DNA of 64,000 nt, taken from the IMG/VR virus record IMGVR_UViG_3300008259_002809, positions 1 through 64,000 of that record, one strand, 5' to 3'. The notes under the pieces were generated by a model. The model did not search any database and was not told the DNA's origin. It saw nothing but the letters and a program-made list of their open reading frames with translations. Within the stretch, counting starts at the first letter, position 1. Each line of letters starts with the position of its first letter. The translations under genes and the position numbers were made by a program. Of the stretch, positions 57,932-64,000 are shown in pieces. The stretch comes from a virus.

Positions 57932-58513
57932 ATGCAAATCAATCTACGCAAGGCCGCTGTGGTCCAGCAAATCATCCAGGACGAAATCAAACGCATTGGT
58001 CAAGAAGACACCAAAATGCGTGTGAGCCTGTTTGAAGAAAATATTCAGGCTCGGCTAGACGAACAGTCGTCTAAGGTTATTGCCACTGCTCAACGTGTCA
58101 GTCGTTTCATGGAAGCCAATCGATACTTCCGTGCCACTGTGGCCAGGAAGAATGCCGAGTTTGGTATTGTTGATTACCTGGCAGAAGATGCCATGTTGGC
58201 GGCCATGGAACAGCGAATTACAACTTTGGTCGAAGCAGACGCTCGACCAGAACTTGATGTGCTACAGCGAGAAATTGCCGCACGTCGAGAAAACAAGGAC
58301 GAAAAAGTTTCTATCTACGGTGGCAGTCGTGAATACGAAATCTCTGTCAATGTTTTGCCCAAGGCCATCATTGAAGGCGCCAAGGGCGAACTAGACAATG
58401 TGCGTCGACGCCGTCGTAAGATCAAGGACGAGATGGTCACCATCAACGTCCGCAACGAGTTTGAAGTTCCTGAGCAAATAGCCTCTGTGCTAATTGAACT
58501 GGGACTTGACTGA
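57932..58513 (+). CDS. Coiled-coil protein, remote DIP1984/DUF6847-like architecture
   Basis: Helical hairpin pattern: LRKA...Q..I, R..VARKN, I.D.LAE, basic RRRRRKIKD..I.N; AAGGA SD. Confidence 0.7.
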   Translation: MQINLRKAAVVQQIIQDEIKRIGQEDTKMRVSLFEENIQARLDEQSSKVIATAQRVSRFMEANRYFRATVARKNAEFGIVDYLAEDAMLAAMEQRITTLVEADARPELDVLQREIAARRENKDEKVSIYGGSREYEISVNVLPKAIIEGAKGELDNVRRRRRKIKDEMVTINVRNEFEVPEQIASVLIELGLD

Positions 58514-58519
58514 GAAGTT

Positions 58520-58746
58520 GGCCGCGCTCAGTCCAAGGTGCTGACAGAAACGCTTGATGACTGCATGTCATCTAAACTTACAGGATCTCAGTCTTGAAAA
58601 CTGATTCCACCAGAGCCTCCTAACCTAGACACAACCATTATATTGATATTTGATGAGTCTAGGCGGTAAAGCACATATTTGCTGGTTACTGTTTGTTGTT
58701 TGCTGTTTGATAGTTTCCGTTAGAACCTTGCACAGCGGCCTTTTTT
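58520..58746 (+). ncRNA. ~225-nt structured non-coding RNA with 7-nt repeats
   Basis: Ends pair (GGCCGC/GCGGCC, CAAGGT/ACCTTG, CTGAC/GTTAG, GAAAC/GTTTC), three internal hairpins, RYTGTTT heptads, terminal T6. Confidence 0.75.
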
Positions 58747-58756
58747 AAGGAGTATA

Positions 58757-59221
58757 ATGACTACTAAGCGTTCTCAATTTCCCAGCAACCCTACACGCAA
58801 TACAGCCGGAGCCTTGCCGTTTAATCAATGGGCACCGCATGGCAACTTCCTTGGATCAGGATCATTTGCAATCGCCGCAAAAAAGAAGCCCAAAAAGAAA
58901 ACTGCTACCAAAAATGTAGTCAGTGTTGAGCCAAACGAGCATCACAGAGACATGATGTGTCGCCCAATCAATCAAGGTGACTATGTGCTGGCTGTCCAAA
59001 ATAATAGACCTTTTCCATTTAAGGTGTTAAAATTAAATGAAACAACGATAACCATTGTGCCTGCTATTAAAACTGGAGACCTTGGTCGCAAATCTCTTAT
59101 TGCTGTTAGAGCCACTGGTGGATCAATTCCTGCTTATAAAAGTTATAGGCGAGAAGGTTGGAATGTTTATGTGATTCCTAAAGAAGAAATTTTCATGTAT
59201 CATTTAATGGGTAATGTATGA
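58757..59221 (+). CDS. Hypothetical protein with SH3/KOW-like C-terminal region
   Basis: AAGGAG SD; RDMM.RPI..GDYV pattern. Confidence 0.65.
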   Translation: MTTKRSQFPSNPTRNTAGALPFNQWAPHGNFLGSGSFAIAAKKKPKKKTATKNVVSVEPNEHHRDMMCRPINQGDYVLAVQNNRPFPFKVLKLNETTITIVPAIKTGDLGRKSLIAVRATGGSIPAYKSYRREGWNVYVIPKEEIFMYHLMGNV

Positions 59222-60234
59222 CAGGACGAATTGGCTTTGCTTGTAAATGGATTGATACACCAGAGGAGTGTGCTGGTCGCAAACCTACATCGCACAGCCG
59301 AGACCTAAACGGTCGTTCAACCACAATGCGTTGGCTTCGTGAGCACAAAGACGAAGCCGAACAGCGCCAATGGGATATCATGAACCACAATGCACAGGCC
59401 GCGCTGAACATGGTGGAACGAGTTGGTTCATTGCCCGAGCACTTGCGTATGGTTCGACTAGGCAGTGAAATGCTACAGGGCTACACTGAGCCCAACTGGA
59501 TTGACTGGTGGCAACAAGCAGACATCCAACGACACCTAGAAAAGATCTTTGCTCCTGTAGGTGCCCGTGCTCGAGAGTTGGGAGTAAGACTTAGTTTCCA
59601 CCCTGGACAGTTTTGTGTGTTGGCGTCAGAGAACGACGAAATTGTAGAACGCAGTATCCTGGAGTTTGAATATCATGCAGACATGGCCCGCTGGATGGGC
59701 TATGGCAAGACTTTCCAGGACTTTAAGATTAACGTGCATATATCAGGACGTCGTGGTCCAGACGGTATCAAGGCCATACTTTCGCGGTTATCACCTGAAG
59801 CCAGAAACACTATAACTATTGAAAACGATGAAATGAGTTGGGGCATTGATGCCAGCCTAGAACTGGTTGACCATTGTGCCTTGGTATTGGACATTCATCA
59901 TCATTGGATTAAAACTGGAGAATATATTGAAAGCACTGATGACCGTGTTAAAAGGATTCGTGATAGTTGGCGTGGTGTTCGCCCTGTCATACACTACTCT
60001 GTTTCTAGGGAAGATATACTTGGAGAACATTCCCGACACGCCCGTCCCTCTCTTCAGACCCTCTTAGACGCAGGTTATAAAAAAGCCAAACTCAGAGCAC
60101 ACAGCGATTTCTATTGGAATCAAGACGTAAACACCTGGGCCGGAACGTTCACTGATGATTTTGACATCATGTGCGAAAGCAAGGGCAAGAACTTGGCCAG
60201 TTTTGAATTTGCGGCCAAAATAAAAGCAAGGTAA
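59218..60234 (+). CDS. uvsE: UV damage endonuclease UvsE
   Basis: RIGFACK, RLSFHPGQF.VL, TIENDE, VLDIHHH, AHSD, MCESK.K. Confidence 0.92.
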   Translation: MTGRIGFACKWIDTPEECAGRKPTSHSRDLNGRSTTMRWLREHKDEAEQRQWDIMNHNAQAALNMVERVGSLPEHLRMVRLGSEMLQGYTEPNWIDWWQQADIQRHLEKIFAPVGARARELGVRLSFHPGQFCVLASENDEIVERSILEFEYHADMARWMGYGKTFQDFKINVHISGRRGPDGIKAILSRLSPEARNTITIENDEMSWGIDASLELVDHCALVLDIHHHWIKTGEYIESTDDRVKRIRDSWRGVRPVIHYSVSREDILGEHSRHARPSLQTLLDAGYKKAKLRAHSDFYWNQDVNTWAGTFTDDFDIMCESKGKNLASFEFAAKIKAR

Positions 60235-60251
60235 AAATTACCTTGCTTTTA
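60221..60251. terminator. Bidirectional terminator between convergent genes
   Basis: TAAAAGCAAGGTAA-AAA-TTACCTTGCTTTTA inverted repeat. Confidence 0.8.
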
Positions 60252-60267
60252 AATGAATAAACTATTT

Positions 60268-60579
60268 TTAGTTAAAAACAGCAGAACGTTCTGCGGCTAG
60301 ACCTTGAGAGGCGTAAAATGCATCTGCTTGAGCCTTAATTGTTTGAATTTGTGGATCAGCAATGTATTCTTGCATGGTTTCAACGTTTGAGAATTTCAAA
60401 GTCAATGTCATTGATGTTGATTGTCCGGGTGCAGGTCCTGCGTTTGATTTTTCTTCCAACATCTTGCCAGTGTTAATGTAAGTGTTTACAACATAGGCAC
60501 GCTGTTCTGCTGTGGGATAGAATGCGTCAGTATTGGCGTTAACGCCTTCTTTGCGAATAGTAACGGATAGGGATGGCAT
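60268..60579 (-). CDS. Small protein related to the 21835/22171 family (paralog 3)
   Basis: N....FY, Y..TGK.LE, LT..F......Y..D, FY...G pattern; same upstream leader as 21835. Confidence 0.65.
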   Translation of the reverse strand: MPSLSVTIRKEGVNANTDAFYPTAEQRAYVVNTYINTGKMLEEKSNAGPAPGQSTSMTLTLKFSNVETMQEYIADPQIQTIKAQADAFYASQGLAAERSAVFN

Positions 60580-60698
60580 GTTAATTTGGTCCTTGCCTAG
60601 TAGCCGGAACATCCTGTTCCAACTTGTTCAGGTATATTTAGTATTGTCCTTGATGTTAAGGCAGTTTATCCATTTTAAATTAAAACGGGCGATAACTC

Positions 60699-60713
60699 TG
60701 TTGCAACGCAACA
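60699..60713. promoter_or_regulatory. PhaR-box-like palindrome
   Basis: TGTTGC-AAC-GCAACA containing TGC-N3-GCA, upstream of phasin-like gene. Confidence 0.55.
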
Positions 60714-60793
60714 TATATACTGTTACACTTAATGTGTTGCTGATGCCTATGAAGGGTCAGACATTTTAATTACTTGCTTAAAGGAGAAGTAAC

Positions 60794-60991
60794 ATGTCAT
60801 ACGATTTTACCAAATCTTTCGAAGAAAACCAAAAGTTGGCTCGTGAATATACTACTACAGTTGCCACTGCCACCGTCGATTTCAACAAGAAATTGATTGA
60901 CGCTACTACTGAGATTTTTAACGCTGTTCGTGAACAAACAGTGGCCGCATACAAGACCATGGGCATTAAGGTTCCAGGTCTCAAGGACTAA
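60794..60991 (+). CDS. Phasin-like small amphipathic protein
   Basis: 65 aa, Ala/Thr-rich amphipathic helix without Cys/Trp; strong SD; upstream TGC-N3-GCA box. Confidence 0.55.
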   Translation: MSYDFTKSFEENQKLAREYTTTVATATVDFNKKLIDATTEIFNAVREQTVAAYKTMGIKVPGLKD

Positions 60992-61012
60992 TTTAAAGTC
61001 TGCACAATCAGG

Positions 61013-61040
61013 AAAGGTGGCTCTAATCAGCCACCTTTTA
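61013..61040 (+). terminator. Intrinsic terminator
   Basis: AAAGGTGGCT-CTAATC-AGCCACCTTTT. Confidence 0.8.
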
Positions 61041-61048
61041 TACTTTAA

Positions 61049-61273
61049 ATGTTGTTAGAAGTTCTTGACATAGAATTAAAAGAACAGCCCTATCATAAAT
61101 GGGGACCATGGATTAACTGCTGGGGTTATGAAACCACAGTAGCGCAGTTTGATGACGACACCATAATAGTTCACTCGCTGACACCCTACAATGAAGAATT
61201 GGTAGTGTATTTTGTAGATTGGGAAGAATGCGAGCGGTTCGTTATGCTGTTAGAACAAGACAGGAGATTTTAA
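61049..61273 (+). CDS. Hypothetical protein
   Basis: Clean ORF. Confidence 0.5.
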   Translation: MLLEVLDIELKEQPYHKWGPWINCWGYETTVAQFDDDTIIVHSLTPYNEELVVYFVDWEECERFVMLLEQDRRF

Positions 61274-61275
61274 AA

Positions 61276-61407
61276 ATGATGAGTAAAATTTGGAATTTTT
61301 TGGTTGAATGGGCCGAATCTGTTCATGCCGCAAGAACAGCCGCGGCACTGAGCAGAATGGGTGACTATGAAGGCGCCAAAAAAGTAATCACCAAGCAATA
61401 CCTTTAA
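61276..61407 (+). CDS. Small hypothetical protein
   Basis: AGGAG SD before MMSKIWNFL. Confidence 0.6.
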   Translation: MMSKIWNFLVEWAESVHAARTAAALSRMGDYEGAKKVITKQYL

Positions 61408-61437
61408 ACTATCATAGGGCTAGAACTAAATAGCCCT

Positions 61438-62070
61438 ATGAAAATCACAGATTTAAGCCAACCTGGTATTGGCGATATTGTTGAATTTGAAACCGATCCC
61501 GAAACTGTAGTTGAGGGTTTAATTGTCGGCGAAACCGATGATGGATATATCTATGAATTCTCAGAATCTGGTTACCAGGAACTCGAAGAAACCTGCACTC
61601 ATGGCAAGTATTACTGCTCCACAGACCGCAAGTGGAAATGTAGACAAGATCCAAAACAGACACGTGAAGTTGCAGAAGCCAGTGGCTATGTTGCTAAGAC
61701 CCCCGCAGAAGCCCGAGACCCCCGATATTCAGCAAGCCTAAGCGCAGATGTAGGCTTGCACACAATGAGAAATCAGATTGCTGATTTCTTTCCCACTGCG
61801 GCACCCAAAGATAGACAAACACAAATCACAGAGGCTACCTATCAAGGCCGTGAAGTTCCTTTGGGCAGACCATTACGAGGGGATGTAAAAAAATTCCGAG
61901 TGTATGTGAAGAACAAAGCAGGCAAAGTAGTCAAAGTCAACTTTGGTGATCCCAACATGCGTATCAGAAAATCAAATCCTGCACGTCGCAAGAGTTTTCG
62001 TGCTAGACATAACTGTGCCAATCCTGGTCCCAGATGGAAGGCGCGATATTGGAGTTGTAGAAAATGGTAA
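61438..62070 (+). CDS. Probable head-associated protein with basic C-terminal domain
   Basis: MKITDL start, KVNFGDPNMRI...RRKSFRARHNC...ARYWSC domain seen in T4-like phages. Confidence 0.7.
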   Translation: MKITDLSQPGIGDIVEFETDPETVVEGLIVGETDDGYIYEFSESGYQELEETCTHGKYYCSTDRKWKCRQDPKQTREVAEASGYVAKTPAEARDPRYSASLSADVGLHTMRNQIADFFPTAAPKDRQTQITEATYQGREVPLGRPLRGDVKKFRVYVKNKAGKVVKVNFGDPNMRIRKSNPARRKSFRARHNCANPGPRWKARYWSCRKW

Positions 62071-62119
62071 TGGTAGACAATGAAGGTTGCCCAATTTGTG
62101 GCGGGAAGCATCCAAAGAA

Positions 62120-62482
62120 ATGAGCAACAATAAACAACTAAACGAAGGCCTAGCCAGCGTCAACGTTGAAGAAGAGATTGATGTCAGTCGCATTCGCAAA
62201 CTGGCAGGTCTTGTCAACAACAATGCGTCGGCCACAGGTCAACGAGTGGTTGGCGAAGCCAGTGAGTTAGATCACGAAGTTGAAATGGCACGTCAACAAG
62301 TGTATTCATCTGCACAAAACGCCATACGCATCTATGAGTTGTTGGCTCAAATCAACGAACAACAAGGTCTAGAAGGATGGGTGCAATCATACCTTACTAA
62401 GGCCGCAGACTATCTTGGCGCTGTAGCAGATAACTTAGAACATCATTCGGCACTACATGATGAAACAGACCAGCCTACTTAA
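62120..62482 (+). CDS. Probable internal head protein
   Basis: LNE, RIRKLAGL, DHEVEMAR.Q, LEGWVQS..TKAADYL motifs. Confidence 0.7.
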   Translation: MSNNKQLNEGLASVNVEEEIDVSRIRKLAGLVNNNASATGQRVVGEASELDHEVEMARQQVYSSAQNAIRIYELLAQINEQQGLEGWVQSYLTKAADYLGAVADNLEHHSALHDETDQPT

Positions 62483-62909
62483 ACTTGTTGGTATAGTCAG
62501 CATGGCAGTCATGCTCAATGGCTGTGCCGCTGTTTATTTTGCCAAAGATAAAATTGCTAATTTTTATATGAGCCGGTGGGATGCCAATGAAGCCGCATTG
62601 GTCTCCAAGGTAACAGTTCAAAGTGTAGATGTATTGCAGGTGTGTGATCCTAAAACTGCCAAAGAACAACAGGTCACAGCCATTGGTCAATTGCACAGAA
62701 CTTCCACTGAACTGTTGGCCTATTCACGCACATTGCCTGACGATAATTCACCAGTGATCACTGTTGTAAAAAATATCAACGATGCCACAGACGAGTTTTA
62801 TAAAAGATCTCAAGACAAGATGAGCAAACTCTACTGTGAAAACAAAGCAACAAATATCAAGACCATGAGCGAACAGGCTCAACGAGTAGTTCAAGCAAAA
62901 AGGAAATAA
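62457..62909 (+). CDS. Putative lipoprotein
   Basis: MLNGC lipobox after hydrophobic stretch. Confidence 0.65.
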   Translation: MMKQTSLLKLVGIVSMAVMLNGCAAVYFAKDKIANFYMSRWDANEAALVSKVTVQSVDVLQVCDPKTAKEQQVTAIGQLHRTSTELLAYSRTLPDDNSPVITVVKNINDATDEFYKRSQDKMSKLYCENKATNIKTMSEQAQRVVQAKRK

Positions 62910-62912
62910 TCC

Positions 62913-63170
62913 ATGGCCACAGTGAATCGTCAACAGTTGATGTTGCAAATCAATGCACTACGTTCAGAACATCCTGAATGGGGTAATCGACTTCGTGAGT
63001 TGGTAGAAGCATTTGAATCTGACCAAATGTCATTTGATGAACTCAAAGAACTCATCGAAGACTATCGCCGTCAAGTGCAAAATGATGCCAGCATCAGTGA
63101 AGCACAGACACGAACAAGAACAGAAGTATGTTTGGAGATGTTGTTTAATCTGGCCAAGGCAGTGATATGA
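62913..63170 (+). CDS. Hypothetical helical protein
   Basis: AAGGA SD, coupled. Confidence 0.6.
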   Translation: MATVNRQQLMLQINALRSEHPEWGNRLRELVEAFESDQMSFDELKELIEDYRRQVQNDASISEAQTRTRTEVCLEMLFNLAKAVI

Positions 63171-63388
63171 AAACAACAGACTTAGAAACAGTTGACCTTG
63201 CAAGACTCAAGAAACTGGCCGGCATCCAAGAAGATGCTGACGGTGCTAACAGTCCTTTAACACATGGCGGAACAGAACGTGCAGAATACATGCGAAAACA
63301 CAACATCAAACCAGGCACAGACGAATGGTTCCGTCTTTGGTTTGCAAGAACAGGGCTCACTGGCGAATCGCCAATGCCCAAGCGATAA
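63167..63388 (+). CDS. Small protein with LKKLAGI motif
   Basis: RLKKLAGI, NIKPGTDEWFRLWF. Confidence 0.7.
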   Translation: MKTTDLETVDLARLKKLAGIQEDADGANSPLTHGGTERAEYMRKHNIKPGTDEWFRLWFARTGLTGESPMPKR

Positions 63389-63457
63389 TCCCAATCAGTA
63401 TTTGGTGTATCCCGAAGACGATGGATACGATCGTCCAAGAAATCCCTTTTCGCAAGT

Positions 63458-64000
63458 ATGAAGATCAACGAAATTGCTTTGCTAAGTCGTGTTAGGAAAA
63501 AAGGCGGCAACAGTGAAAACTTGGCCAATCAAGGTGACAGAATCTCTCGCGACAAAGAATACCTATTAGGCAAACGCATAGGACGACTTGAAGCCGGTAT
63601 AGATCTCTACCTTGACTATTTTGAAGGCGAGTATAGATTTTATGTGTTTGATACAGAAACAAGGCTCAATACCTTAACTATTTTTGGGACCAAGTATCCT
63701 AAAAATAACAAAAGTCTTATCATCTCTGGTGTGTATGCCAGTCGCGGCAATAGAATCAAAGCCAGCGATCTCTATCATCACATTGTTGTCAAACTTGGTT
63801 ATACCTTGGTATCAGATCGGCTACAAAGTCCTGGTGGCCAACGAGTATGGCAAGATTTAGAACGCAGATATCATCAAAGCGTTGAAGTTTATGGCCTTGA
63901 CGACAACACAGGACAAGTTGTTAATATATCATCCTTGGATGACACCGAAACACATGTGCCTGCAGATCAGTTGGACAAAGACTCAACCAGAGACGATCGT
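63458..64000 (+). CDS. Probable head protein with GNAT-like domain (runs off window end)
   Basis: Read manually: MKINEI start; LVSDRLQSPGGQRVW motif; no stop before 64000. Confidence 0.65.
   Translation, partial: MKINEIALLSRVRKKGGNSENLANQGDRISRDKEYLLGKRIGRLEAGIDLYLDYFEGEYRFYVFDTETRLNTLTIFGTKYPKNNKSLIISGVYASRGNRIKASDLYHHIVVKLGYTLVSDRLQSPGGQRVWQDLERRYHQSVEVYGLDDNTGQVVNISSLDDTETHVPADQLDKDSTRDDR

Noticed and set aside
58520-58746. Retron msr-msd, group I intron or tRNA/tmRNA
   Set aside because: No reverse transcriptase nearby, the element lies between genes rather than interrupting one, and no cloverleaf, T-loop or intron core was recognised.
1-64000. Stop-codon reassignment as in some jumbo phages
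   Set aside because: Recognisable genes are full length in code 11 and end in TAA, TGA and TAG.
1-64000. tRNA or rRNA genes
   Set aside because: No cloverleaf with GTTCRA T-loop was seen in any intergenic gap by eye; a tRNAscan run would be needed to be certain.

Overview
Gene-dense, mostly plus-strand segment of a large (jumbo, T4-like-regulated) dsDNA phage, standard code 11. The host is probably a Gram-negative, PHA-storing proteobacterium (inferred from spanins, ClpA/ClpS/ClpX, ErpA, YccA, IbpA-type Hsp20 and a phasin-like gene). The window carries host-like proteostasis and translation genes (clpX, clpS, clpA, hsp20, groES, dnaJ, def, infA, rpsU). It has an unusually large set of tailoring enzymes: nine HxD..H Fe(II)/2OG-type oxygenases, two radical SAM proteins, a Rieske oxygenase, three SGGxDS ATP-pyrophosphatases, an aldo-keto reductase and QueD. 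It also has nucleotide and replication genes (dCMP deaminase, HAD nucleotidases, a DnaE fragment, an interrupted clamp loader, UvsE, PhoH), a collagen-like fibre/subtilase structural module and probable internal head proteins. Both sigma70-type (TTGACN-17-TATAAT) and TAAATA late promoters recur. The most novel-looking element is a promoter-driven 193-aa coiled-coil gene followed directly by a ~225-nt end-paired structured RNA with 7-nt repeats (57865-58746). Several other structured RNA leaders are visible: ROSE-like, preQ1-like, a three-way junction, and a leader shared by paralogous small genes. No tRNA or CRISPR array was seen. All family assignments come from motif recognition by eye, not database searches.
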